64,000 bases of DNA, from the NCBI GenBank assembly GCA_043228905.1, contig JBHGNT010000011.1, positions 992,001-1,056,000 of the forward strand, read 5' to 3'. Under the pieces are notes generated by a model, which was given only the letters and a program-made list of their open reading frames with translations, did no database searches and had not been told where the DNA came from. The position numbers and the translations under genes were made by a program. This document shows, piece after piece, positions 21,707 through 35,216 of this stretch. The stretch is from Azolla caroliniana (Eukaryota; Plantae; Polypodiophyta). Positions within the stretch are counted from its first letter, which is position 1, and each line of letters starts with the position of its first letter.

Positions 21707-24700
21707 TGTTGAGAATCGAACTCAACTTCCCATATATGGGTTTCACACTAGCTCATGGACATTCCAGGCTAGTTTTGTAAATAGTAGAAAGGGCACTTGC
21801 CCTAGCTTAGTTGGTGTATAAACCAACTCATTGTAACTTAGTTGTTGTTTGATGTATTTACACATACACACACCTACGTTCACCTTCCGTTGCATTGCAA
21901 TCACCACAAACTCCATTTCCTAACATGGTATCAAAGTGTGTGGTTGCCTAATCAAGCATTTTCGACTGTGTTGTGCTACACGCCGATGATCAATAGAATC
22001 GGCCCATCGACAGAGAAGAAATCACCATGAATACTCAAATGGGAAGCACTCTTCCTACCGAGAAGCTCGACAGAATGAACTCCGCATCTTTGGAACACAA
22101 GATGCATCAATATCTTGTCGGGCAAGGCTACTGGAGCTACATCGAAGGAGCTCATGAATCACACCCCAACCCAACACACGCCGACTATCCCGCTTGGGAG
22201 CAGGCTGTAAGCCGTGTGTTGTATTGTCTAGCATCATGTGTTCATGATCATATGCTTGGCTACATTCGAGAGGCAAAAATGCCAAAGTAGGCGTGGGAGA
22301 ATCTCAAAAAGATTTTCGCAGCCAACACAACCGCACGCAAGCTCCAGCTTCATCAGGAGCTAAATAGCATCCAACAGAGGGACATGTCAATCTCAAGCTA
22401 TACCTTGAAGATCAAGGAGCTATGTGACGCCCTTGGATCGATCAACGTTGTCATTGATGATGATGAATTGGTGCAGATATGCCCCGGAGGCTTAGCACCA
22501 CGTTTCGGCGCGATTAGATCAACCATTCTTGCAAGGGAGAACCCTCCCTCCTTCTTCAACCTTCAATCGATATTGTTGGTCAAAGAGAATCACGCCCGAT
22601 AGAGGAGCAATGCATCAGATGGTCATCTGCTCTACTCCTAGTCGGATAATAGAAGAGATTTTGGCCGTGGAAATAGAGGTCGTTTCGGACAAGGCCATAA
22701 TGATCGGCGGAATCAAGGGCATAACTCCCACCAGTGGCAAGCGGACAAGAATGGGCCCAGAGAGCTTGGCAGAAGGGGGAGTCATAACGCCGGACCAAGA
22801 AATTGCCGAAACCTAGTCGAGTGCGGGTACTGCGGAAAACCCGACCACTACAAAGAAGAGTGCCAGAAGAAGAAATATGAGGCAGGCCAACAACTCACGA
22901 ACTACGCCACGAACTCCGACTACGGAAACCGTGGCGGAATGTTCATAATGAAGCACGAAGCACACTCGATGTCTGCATTTGCAACAACCAGCGCCTTCAC
23001 TCCTAATAATGTATGGTTTGTCGATTTAGGAGCTTCCAATCACATGACTTCCCATGAAGATTGGTTCCGGGAATTACGGAAGCCTGAACATCCCGGATAT
23101 GTCGAAATAGGTGATGATACGACTCATCTGATACAACATATCGGGAATGTCCCATTCAGAAACGACGACGAACAGACCTACCTCAAGAATGTACTGCATG
23201 TTCCCACCATCACGAAAAATTTGGTCTCGGTCGGCCAGATTGTAGAACAAGGAATGAAGGTACACTTCAACAACGATGGGTGCTTCATTGAAAAAGGCGA
23301 TCAAATCGTAGCTCATGGCAGACGAGAAGGCCATATGTTCATCCTCGAGTCAAGCTAAGTAAAGTCAGCTATGTACGCAAAAGGCCAAAAAGTTGAAACC
23401 GACTTAAAATTGTGGCACAAGAGAATCAGCCACATCAATCTCCAGAAGCTTCAGAACATGCAGACAAAAGGATTCGTAATTAGACTCCCGAACTTTACGG
23501 CAAAGGAGATCACGGGCGTGTGCAAAGCATGGCAATTCGGAAAACAACGTCGTCACCCATTCCCTAAGGAGCGGAATGTGAGCAAAGGAATCCTGGATGT
23601 CGTACATTTAGATGTGTGGGGACTAGCTTAGACAACAACATTTGGCAGACACCGATACTATGTCACGTTCATCGACGACTTCTCCAGGAACACCTGGATC
23701 TATCCGATGAAGCAGAAGAGTGAAGTGTTCAAGCACTTCCAGACATTCAAAGCCAAAGTCGAAAAAACTACGGGACGACATGTATGTTGTCTTTGATCAG
23801 ATGGAGGCAAAGAATATTTTTCAGATGAGTTCTCGACGTATCTCCGCAAGGAAGGAATCCGATCAAAGTTCTCGTGTCGACATACACCTCAGCAAAACAA
23901 CGTAGCTGAGAGTAAAAACCGCCACATAGTAGAAGTCGCACAAGCCATGATGAATGAGAAGAACCTGCCGAAATCATACTGGGCAGAAGCGGTGAATACG
24001 GCCGTATATCTCATGAATAGGTGCACAACCTCGGGAGTACACGATATAACTCCGGATGAGAAGTTCTTCGGAAAGAAGCCGGACTTGTCACATGTCCGCA
24101 TTTTCGGTTCTATCGCCTACGTACATATTCCCGACGATACACGGCAAAAGCTTGACCCAAAGTCGGAGAAATGTATCCTCGTAGGATACTCACTTGAACA
24201 TAAGGGGTACAAATGCTACAACCCATCTACCCGTAAGGTTCGAACAAGTCGAGACGTAGTCTTCGACGAATACGCATCCTGGTACGCACCAGAGAACACT
24301 ACGACTCCAACCCTGCTTGACGCAAATGACACTGAAATAGAAATAGAAGCTGAGGATTGGCTCACACAGATGTTAGAAGACATCCCAATTATGACATGAC
24401 TGAGTGGGCTATCAAAGCCGCCGAGCGATGAAAGCACATCTAGGTCGAGTCCGAAGCTGGAAAAAGGCAAGGCAAAAATGCAGGAGTATGAAGATCATTT
24501 CGATCTTGACAGTGAGTTCGATGGCCTTGATATCCACACAGATGGTGTGAAGAAACCCCTAGAATCTGCAAATGACAAGCCACGCCGATCCACACGCGAG
24601 AAGAACCTCGTAAATCGCTACGGCTACGACAAGTACATGGCGTATCATTACACATTCATGATGAAGGTAGCATCAGTACGGGAACCGGAAATGCGTTCCG

Positions 24701-26537
24701 AAGCCGCAAAGGATCCACGATGGGTCAACGCAATGGATGAGGAGATGGAAGCGTTATGCAAAAACGAGACATGGGATCTCGTTCCTCGCCCCCCAAACAA
24801 GAAACCAATTAGTTGCAGGTGGATTTATAAGGTGAAGCACAATGTTGATGGTTCCGTAAATCGCTTCAAAGCACGGCTCGTTGCAAAAAGCCACGCACAG
24901 ACACACGGCGTAGACTACAAAGAAACCTTTGCCCCGGTGGCAAAGATGACGACAGTACGGACCGTAATCGTGCTAGCAGTAGCAAAAGGGTGGCACCTCC
25001 ATCAGATGGACGTGAAAAATGCTTTCCTCCAAGGAGAGCTAGAAGAAGAGGTGTATATGTCACAACCACCCGGATTCGAATCATGTAATCATCCGCATGC
25101 CGTATGCCGACTCAAGAAGCCACTCTACGGCCTCAAACAAGCACCACGTGCTTGGCACTCGAAGATCATGCAATATCTTCACCAAATTGGATTTCGGATG
25201 TCAAAATCCGATACATCTCTATACATCCGGAATGAGTCGGATAGCCCGATAGTCATCATTCTATATGTGGATGACTTAGTTATTGGAGGAAAGAATCTCA
25301 CCGAAATTAACGAAGTTAAATCACTTCTTTCCGGCAGATTCGAAATGAAGGACCTGCACGAACTTCATTACTTTCTAGGTATTGAAGTAATTCGGATACC
25401 AGTCAGGATCATGATCTCACAACGGCACTACATTCTCAACTTACTCTACAAGTTCGGCATGACAGAGTGCAAACTTGTGACTACCCCTCTTGAACGTAAT
25501 CTCAAGATCGATGCTAGCTCTAGCACGGCCGCGAGCAAGTCGACTCAGTATCGTCAATTGATCGACAGTCTAATCTACCTAACCATTATGCGACCCGAGC
25601 TCAGTTATTCGGTCGGCCTACTTAGCCAATTCATGCAGAATCCAAGAAACCTTCACCTCGATTGCGCTAAGAGGATACTACAGTATGTCAGCACAACAGT
25701 GGATTATGGCATCTTGTATAAGTTGAATACGACCATTCGACTTGAAGGGTACACAGACGCGGAGTGGGCAGGATACAAAGCGGATAGACGATCCACATCT
25801 GGATTCGTCTTCTCCCTCTACAGTGGAGCGATCTCCTGGAGCAACAAGAAACAGCCGACAGTTGCACTATTGAGCACGGAAGCCGAATACAAGGGCGTGG
25901 CAGTCGCCACATGCAAAGCTATATGGCTTAAGCATATACTAAAAGATCTGGGCGTACCCATCAAAGATCCAATATGCTTGTACTGCGACAACATGAGTAG
26001 TATCTACCTCGCACGTAACCCCATATTTCATACACAGACTAAACACATCGAAGTGCACTACCACTTCATCTGCGAGCGCGTTTAGGCCAGAGAAATTGAC
26101 CTCCAACACATCAACACGCACCTACAAGTCACTGATATCTTTACAAAGGCCTTAGGAATCGACAAGCTCGGGCAATTTGCATCCGATCTTGGTCTCACAT
26201 CGTCCACATTGCCGAGCTTGAGAGGGAGTACGCAGACGCATCACGGATAGGCTACGCAATACACAACACAGCCGACTAGAAAAGTCGAAGTATGAACCGA
26301 ACGACTTTCCGACAAATGGAAGTTGTGTTCGAAGGGGCGTGTTGAGAATCAAACTCAACTTCCCATAGATAGGTTTCACACTAGCTCATGGACATTCCAG
26401 GCTAGTTTTGTAAATAGTAGAAAGGGCGCTTGCCCTAGCTTAGTTGGTATATAAACCAACTCATTGTAACTTAGTTGTTGTTGGATGTATTTTGTTTTGT
26501 TAATATAATATACGCTTTTGTCTATCTCTGTCTCTTG

Positions 26538-26605
<68 letters not shown>

Positions 26606-26675
26606 TGTTACACATACACACACCTACGTTCACCTTCCGTTGCATTGCAATCACCACAAACTCCATTTCCTAACA
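21707..26675 (+). mobile_element. Ty1/copia element family B, copy 1 (degenerate)
   Basis: LTRs 21707-21925 and 26340-26675, TSD AGACC (21702-21706 / 26676-26680), PBS TGGTATCAAAG at 21926. Gag MNTQMGSTLPTEKLDR, RT ORF 24478-26085 (QMDVKNAFLQG, LYVDD). Confidence 0.95.
24478..26085 (+). pseudogene. copia RT-RNase H fragment
   Basis: WIYKVKHNVDGSVNRFKARLVAK, LYGLKQAPRAW, YVDD, RRSTSG, TEAEY, KHIEVHYHF. Confidence 0.9.
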
Positions 26676-29600
26676 AGACCTGACTAGAGGAGGCAAAATG
26701 CAAATTGGATATGTATAAGAAACTAAGGACTACTAATGCCTATCGTAGTAAAGCAATAAGTTGGATGAGGGTAGGAGACCGTGTTACGAAAGGTTTTTTT
26801 GAAGCTGTAAAATGTAAAGGCGTTGGGACCCAACCTTCATGTTTGAAAAAGACAGATGGCACAATGACCACGTGCACGGAGGAAATGCTTGAAATGGCCA
26901 CGAGCTATTATATGCAATTACTAAATGTATGTAACGAGGAACATATTGAGAAGGATGCTTTTAGAAATATAATAAACAGGATACCGAAGAGAGTTTCGGC
27001 TCAGATGATGAACCGTCTAAATACCCCTATTTGTATATAGGAATTGTGGGATGCAAATTCAGATATGAACAAACAAAGTTGTGCAAGCATTGATGGACTC
27101 CCTATATATTTTTACATCAAATATTGGGATCTAATTAAGGATGACATGTTGGAAGGGATGCAATACATTATGGCTGAAGGTTTAATGCCTCCAACAATGT
27201 GTAGAGGAATAATTTATTTAATTCCCAAGGATGGGAAAGATCTAACTATGCTTGATAATTGGCGACCATTGATGATTCTCACTAATGCCTATAAGATCAT
27301 GGCTAAAGTTGTAAGTAGTCAATTGAAAACGGACCTAGGGGACATATTACATACAATGCAAACTGGTTTCCTCGAAAACCGGAGCATTGTTGACAATGTG
27401 ATAACTTCATGGGAGTATTCAGCATGGGTGGAGGAGCAAGGAGTGGACCTAGCAATAATGTTACTCGATTTCGAAAAAGCATATGACAGGATCTCATGGG
27501 AATTCCTAGAAGTAGTGATGGATGCCCTAGGCTTCGAGCAGCAATGGATCCTTGGATTGGCTGCCTTTTATAGGGATGCTTCCAGCCAAGTTTTAATGGC
27601 TGGAAGCTTGGAGAAGAGCTTTAAGATGACACGATTGGTACGCCAAGGATGCCCATTGGCCCCGTACCTATTCATTATTGCAGCAAAAGCTTTGCATTAT
27701 CAGATTGGTGATAGTTATTGGCAAATACAAGGCCTTCGCCTACCCGAGGATGCAGAAATGATGCTTGATACAGAATATGTTGATGATACAACAACCTATG
27801 TTAAGGGCAATGCAAACAACTTGGACAGACAACAAAGTGCAATAAATGAGTTTTGTAGGGGATCAGGTGCAAAAATAAACTGGAATAAGTCAGTGGGCAT
27901 TTGGATTAGCAATAAGCCTGTGGTAAATCGGGCTCCAGACCCTAATTTCAGATGGTTGAGGAGGAGAAGCTACTAGATACTTGGGTTTCAAAATCGGGAT
28001 GGACATTGATCGCTCAGAACACTACAATCTACTTGTGGACAAAATAAAAGCGAAGTTAATATGGTGGAATGCAAGAAAACTATCCTTTGCAGCCAAGATT
28101 GTGATTGCAAATCAAGTTCTAATGGCCACAATATGGCATACTGCGGCATGTTGGATAATCGCACCCAAGTCGATGAAAGTGATAAAAAGGTTGATCAAAA
28201 ATTTCTTATGGGGGGGCATAGGGGAAAAACATGCTTGTGCAAAGGTTGCATGGACTACACTCATAAAAGATAAAAGTGAAGGTGGGGTGGGACTAATAGA
28301 TTGTGTGATGCAAACAAAGGCCTTGCTAGGAAAATTGGTGGTCAGGAGCTTGCAACCACCTGAAGCACCTTGGAAAATTCTTTGGCAACGCAAATGGAAG
28401 ATGTGGTTGCCAAGACATGGTGGAAGTTGCACAAGTAGCGCTTTTTGGGGGTTTGTGCAAGAAATGTGACCCAAATACCGTGAATGTACACAGAGCATAT
28501 GTGTTGTTGGAATTATGAAAGCATGGCAAGGAATAAGAAAGGGAATCGTTTGTAGGTGGAGAAATGATGCATATGCTCGAATGTACATGCCTATTGTTTG
28601 GAACCCACTAATTAGAGATGTGGATGGGCTGATGATAGGACAAAAAGCAGGCCTCAAATGGGCCAATTTAATCAATGCCCAAGGGAATACATTCGCATAT
28701 TGGAAGAGATTTCTTGTAATGATGTGGGCACTCAAAAGGCTAGTAGAATATGGAGGATAAACAGGGGTAAATGCATGCTAATGAGGATTACAAATGCCTT
28801 TGCACGCAGTGGGAAAATCTTGGAAGATGCAGCCATAAGTCCCTCTGAAATGGAATGGACAAGACTTATCGATGTTGAAAATTATCTAATTGGAATTAAG
28901 GGAATGAAAGCCAGATCTAATGAGGCATGCTACTACAAAATAGAGCATAGAATGGTAATATGTGAGAAACCAGCCTATCAAACTAAAAGGCCGATTAGGT
29001 TGCTAGCAAAAAATGGAAAGGATATGATAGTTGACCCCGAGCCGAGTGAGCTCAAACCAACGACAATGTGTTGGCTGATAGAAGGGCATTCAAATAAGCT
29101 ATCATGGGACCCCGCCATGTATTTCTGGAGAACTCAAGGTCAAAGTGATGGTGCCAAGTTGGTGCAATTTTTCAGGTACAACACGAAAATCGGGAGGCAA
29201 ATTATACTAAAACAAGAACACAAAGATATTGCAGCTCCTAAATTTTGGATACAAGAGGGCATTAGTGAAAGGAGATTAGCTAAATTCTGGAAAATGATAT
29301 GGCATGACAGCGGTGACTGCAAGATAATGATGTGCTTATGGCTTATTGTGCATAGAGCCTTGCCAGTAGGGGTGTGGGCTAAAGGCCCCAATGTAGACCC
29401 TAAATGTAGTGCCTGTGGACAACTATAAAGCATTTCCCATTGTCTTTGGGAATGTCATGAGGCTACAGTTGTATGGAGAAGGGCATTACGATTGCTTTGC
29501 CATGCCTCTAGCTCATTTACCCTCAATTGGGAACATGATTGTTGAAATTGTCTTGATGATGACGTAGAGAAATTTGATAGCACATGTACAACTATGTATA

Positions 29601-32600
29601 GAGGGGAGAATGGAACAATTCGATTGATCACTGGTAACAGTGCACCTAGACGTAATGCCCAGAAGCAGAAATTTGAAGATCTATGGATGTTGCTAGCACC
29701 CATTATCATATGGAACATTTGGACCGGAAGATGTACCAGGGTATTTTCAGCAAACAAACAGCCTCTAGTAGAATCTATTAAGCTAATATTGCACACATCA
29801 ATAACTACATTGAGGGCCCAATATGAGCAGATTGATGGAATAGATGATGCTTTAGAATTAATGAGGCTGAATTTCAGAAAACGATGGTGTACTACACCGA
29901 TGGCTGCAGAAATTGGAGTGGATATACGATGGCAATACGTAGTGCTGAGATGGATGTTCCCCCCTCCCATTAGATGATAGAGGGGCGTGAATGACATGAG
30001 AAACATGGAGAACAAACATGCGGGCTATTTAGTGTAAGATAAATAAGTGATGTAGCCCATATGGAAGTAGGTAATGTCTAAAGTTGTGTATTGTATGTCA
30101 TTTTAACTAATGGAGTATATTCTTCTTTGGAAGAAAAAAAAAGTACCAAACACATGAAATTTTAGAGCTCTTGGAGCAAATGCAATTGGATGCTCATAGA
30201 CCCTTACAAATTCATAATATAATTGTACATGTATTAGTGGTTACAAATTACAATTCATAGGCTATAGCATATAGTATAGGCTATCGCCACATCCCAAGAA
30301 TTATGTGATTTCGGTGTGCTACTAAAGGTGCCTAAGCAACATGATTATATATCTTATACTAGTAGATATGGAGGATATAAATTTTTGGTTGCCTTTGGGA
30401 AATATCTTCTAGAAATTCAAAGGTCAAACCTAATACTGACAATGAAAGTATTGACAATGGATTAGAGTTGCACCTAATTTTTGATGTTAGATGAAAGTAC
30501 TGACAATGGATTAGAGTCGCACCTCATTGTGTATATTACATATTTGCAATGTGGTGGTTGTGGGCCTAAGGAATTTGAATATATGGGTTTGTTGAAAATT
30601 CCCAATGGTAAAGGTAGAACTATATATGAAGTTTGAACATATATTAACCATATTAGGTGATCGATGCCTCAACATGAACAAGTTGATTAGATTAGCCACT
30701 GATGGTGCGTCATCAACAATTGATAGTGAAATTGGAACCGTAACATTAATGAAAAATGATATCCCAAATTTGGTTGGTGTACATTGTATTGCTCATAGAG
30801 AAGCATTGGTTATTTTCGATGTATCTAGAGATATCCGTGAGCTCATTCTTGTAGAAAAAATTGCAAATAAGGTATAAGCATGGGCTAACAATAGTACCAA
30901 ACACATGAAATTTTAGAGATCTTGGAGCAAATGCAATTGGATGCTCATAGACCCTTAAAAATTCATAATATTCGTTGGTTGTCATGTGGTCAAGTCATGG
31001 AAACACTAGTGAGTATAATGCATGCAATACTTACTATTTGGAAGAAAGAGAACTTAAAAGAGTGGTATAATAAACCTTGTATCCATAATGTACAATTTTA
31101 CTTTTGTATGATGGCTGAAACTTCAAAAAGAAAATTTGGATGTAACTTCAATTGGTGCAGAAATTGATATTACTATTTCTATTTTGCGGAGGTCTTTCTT
31201 GAGAAATGACACATTTGCTGATGGAGCAATGTATTTATCCAAATTCTTAAGATGTTCTTGTAAAGAATCGGATATGATTCTTGTGAAGCGGAAGAGATGT
31301 GAGTTATGTGTGTGTATGAGAGAGAGAGAGAGAGTGAGTGAGTGAGAGATACAAGGAATAATACACAAAGGATACGCAAGGTAAGAGTATATTAACAAAG
31401 GAAAAAGACTCAACTAAATACAAGGTGGGAGGAGGGTGCTTTATATAGTCACCCTCTCTCTTCATTAACTACAAGACTCATGGAGCATGGGGAATGTGAA
31501 AGCTCATATGTTCTGTGTCATAGAATATGATTCTATGACTCATACTAAATGCTAGAATAAAAAGAGGTGACCTAATGGTGACTCTTCACCGTTGGAGTGT
31601 CTATTTACTCTCAAGGTGAGTTCACACACTCGACCAAGTTGAGCTTGATTCTCAACACGCCCCCTCAAGCTCAAGTCGGGTTGGTTTCAGACGGTATCCG
31701 AAATCCGCTTCGACTCACGTTTCAGAGTCCTCGTCACTCGCATTTATGCGGAGTTGCGGAATCCGTGCTCCAACTTGCGTTGTGCGTAGTTGCGAAGTCT
31801 GTGCTTCGGCTTGCGTCTTTCTTCGCGGCTTTGCGCGGTAGATCGGCTCTTCGCGGCTTCGTTGCGCGGTTGCGTATTCCACGCGTTAATGCGTAGTGTC
31901 GCGGTTTGCGGAATCTACGCGTTATTGCGTAGCGTCTTCAGTACTCCCCCTCAAGCTTGGCAAGTCTGGGATCATCAATCCGAGATAAGTCATGAATTGC
32001 CATAGCTTGTCGGCTCCTAAGGCTTTTAGTGAAGATGTCGGCCGTTTGAAGACTGGTGCAAATGTGTTGTAGGTCGACATCGCCAGCTAGAACGTGCTCT
32101 CGGATAAAGTGATAGTGCACTTTGATGTGCTTTGTCCACACGTGGAACACCGGGTTCTGAGCCAGATAGATACTACTCATGTTGTCGCAGTAAAGGGAAG
32201 TCAGATCCTTGATGGGTATGCCCAGATCCTTCAAAATCCTCTTGAGCCATACGGCTTCACGCGCAGCTACGGCTACACCCCTGTATTCTGCCTCCGTACT
32301 CGAAAGAGCGAGGGTAGGCTACTTTGTAGCCAGCCAAATCGGCGTGTGTGTACCCCTCAAGTCCTATTGGCATCGCGGTCTTGTAGAGAATACCGCAATC
32401 CATTGTGCCGCTCACATATCGTAGAACTCGCTTAGTGCAATCCAAGTGAGTATCACGCAGTGTTTGCATGAATTGGCTGAGGAGACCGACCGGATAACTA
32501 ATATCGGGTCGTGTGATCGTGAGGTAGATGAGACTCCCGATGAGTTGCCAATACTGGGTCGACTCACATGCTTTGGTGCCGGAGTTCGCATCAAGTTTGA

Positions 32601-34100
32601 GATTGCGATCGAGTGGGGTTGCCACGGATTTGCACTAAGCCATCCCGAACTTGTATAACAAGTTGAGGATGTAGTGTCGTTGAGAGATCATGATTCTGGC
32701 CGGAGTCCGAATTACCTCGATGCCGAGGAAGTAGTGAAGCTCCTTCATGTCCGTCATCTCGAACTTGTTAGAAAGGAGGGATTTGACCTTATTGATTTTG
32801 ACGAGATGCTCACCTCCAATGACTAGGTCATCCACATATAAGATAATGACGATCGGACTTGCGGAATCGCTTCGCATGTAGAGGGAGTTGTTCAACTTTG
32901 ACATACGGAAGCCGATTTGATGAAGATATTGCGCTATCTTCGAATGCCAAGCACGCGGTGCTTTCTTGAGGCCGTAGAGTGGCTTCTTGAGTCGGCAAAC
33001 AGCTTTCGAATGAGTGCTCGAGTTGAAGCCGGGTGGTTGGATCATGTACACCTCCTCTTCTAATTCGCCTTGTAGAAAGGCGTTCTTGACGTCCATTTGA
33101 TGGAGGTGCCACCCTTTCACCACGGCAAGCGCAATTACAGTTCGTACCATCGTCATCTTTGCCACCGGGGCAAAGGTCTCCTCATAGTCAACTCCGTGCA
33201 TTTGGGCGTAGCCTTTCGCTACGAGTCACGCTTTGTAGCGGTTGACGGAATCGTCGGCGTTGTACTTCACTTTGTAAATCCATCTACATCCGATCGCCTT
33301 TTTGTGTGGTGAGGCGGGAACAAGATCCCACGTCTCATTCTTGTGGAGTGCCTGCATCTCCTCGTTCATGGCTTCGATCCATCGCAGATCCTTAGCTGCT
33401 TCGGAGAAAGTTTCCAGCTCGCATACTGTCGCCACCTTCATCATAAAGGCATAGTGATATGCCATGTAGTCATTGTAGCCGAATCGGCTAACTGGATTCT
33501 TTTCACGGGTGGAGTGGCGGAGCTTTTCATTTGCAGAGAGGAGGGCTTCCTAGCTCCGATTCGTACATCGAAGCCGTCGAACTCACTATCGAGTGAGTAA
33601 GTCGACGCATCATCGGCGAAGCGATCGTCTTCATATTCCGACATTTTCACCTTGCCTTTGTCCATCTTTAGGCTAGGCCGTGATGTGATTTGATCGCTTA
33701 AAGTCTCTTGTGGTCCGCTCAGTCGGGTCGTGAACAGACTTTCTTTGAACATGCGCGTAAGGCGATCTTCATCCTCTATCTCTTGTTCGGCGGATTCCGG
33801 GTGGAGCGGAGTTGGAGTCGAAGTTGTCTCTGGTGCGTACCAGGACGCGGACTCGTAAAAAACGACGTCTCGACTTGAGATTTTCGGGTTGAGGGGTTGT
33901 AGCACTTGTACCCCTTTTGCTCCAGTGAGTATCCTATGAGGATACATTTCTCCGACCTGGGGTCGAGCTTTTGACGCTTCTCGTCGGGGATGTGCACATA
34001 CGCAATGGAGCCGAATATCCGAACATGTGATAGGTTCGGCTTCTTTTCGAAGAATCTTTCATGCGAAGTGACCTCGTGCACACCGGATGTTGTGCACCGG

Positions 34101-35216
34101 TGTCGTGAAGATCCGTCACTACGCGCGGATCGTGAGGCGGAACCACCGGGGTTCTGGACCGGAAGGATTCAAAGTCGGTACAAGCTTTGGCGCAAGCTTT
34201 AGCGAGAAAGTACTTAAGATAGATCGGGAAAGAGAGAAGTTGAGATTACACAATTGAGAGAGATTGATTGAACTTTTAACTTTAGATTTAAGAAACAAGT
34301 TACACGATCAATTTGATAACGAATTTCTTCCTCTTAATTTTCATAAAAAAAAACCCTCCTTTTTCTCCTCCCCCTTCCTTCTTTTATAGATGCTCTCATG
34401 CATATGATGCATGTGAGGGTACTACAAGACATGCATAAATTGCATGTTTGCCATTTGGCGCTTATGTATTACATGTGGTGCATGATAACTATGTCACTCA
34501 TTTTAGCTCTCATGTATGAGAATTTACATGTAAAACTACAATGATAGAAATATAATTTCAACTAAATAGCATGGCTTAATGGTAAGCCAATTGACTCCTA
34601 ACTTGGAGGTGCAAGGTTTGAATCCTTACATACCCTCCTTATATATGTAAATATGTATATATATTTATATATTAATTTATCTAGTCGCTGGACGCCGGTT
34701 CGTCCGATGCCGTCGTGCGTCGGTTGCCACCGGATACCCGTGTCGTCGGTTACTGGTGCCTCGCCGGATACCGTCGTCTCACCGGCGCCGGCGCCGGATG
34801 TCGTCGTCTCACCGACTCCATCGCCGGTCCGGTTTTGGTTGGCCAAAACCCTTTACGAGTAGCTAGCCCACCTCCACTCTTAGTTCAAGTTACCTTGAAC
34901 TCTCTATGCTCCACACATAGACACAAAGATAATATCTTTTGCTCTACGTTATATATGATGAGAGTCGTATTTGTCGTGCCTATGTGGGATATCTCACAAT
35001 TTTCTCTTTTCCTTTCACAAACTTTATACCCTCATATCTTGACATTTAGTTCTCCGTTTCTCGTGTAATAAAGTGCATTTGAAACCTCCATCATTTTGTA
35101 CTTAGATATTAAATTTATTTAAAATGTTATCTTCACAATTATTGTATTATGTGATTCATACTCAATTTCGTACGTTTTATGGGATTTTCACACTATTGCC
35201 GAAAATCTTCACGACA
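34101..35216 (-). mobile_element. solo LTR of the TGTCGT-ended Gypsy family
   Basis: Reverse complement of 14983-16070. 4-bp TSD CCGG (34097-34100 / 35217-35220). The empty-site homologue is at 57101-57118 (GTGCATCGGTTCATTAGG). Confidence 0.92.
34572..34629 (+). ncRNA. tRNA-like Pol III cassette in solo LTR
   Basis: TGGCTTAATGGTAAGCCAATTGACTCCTAACTTGGAGGTGCAAGGTTTGAATCCTTAC contains A and B boxes. Confidence 0.6.

Larger units (their letters stand above)
20334..30142 (+). mobile_element. 5'-truncated, degenerate L1/Tx1-type LINE (APE endonuclease-RT-zf-RVT), split by the copia at 21707-26675
   Basis: LTWNIQG, VIMVQEHH, ILNIYAPN and IIGGDFNMV (endonuclease). NWRPLMILTNAYKI, LDFEKAYDRISW, VRQGCPLAPYLF and YVDD (RT). 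CSACGQL...HCLWEC (zf-RVT). A-tail at 30131-30142. Confidence 0.9.
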
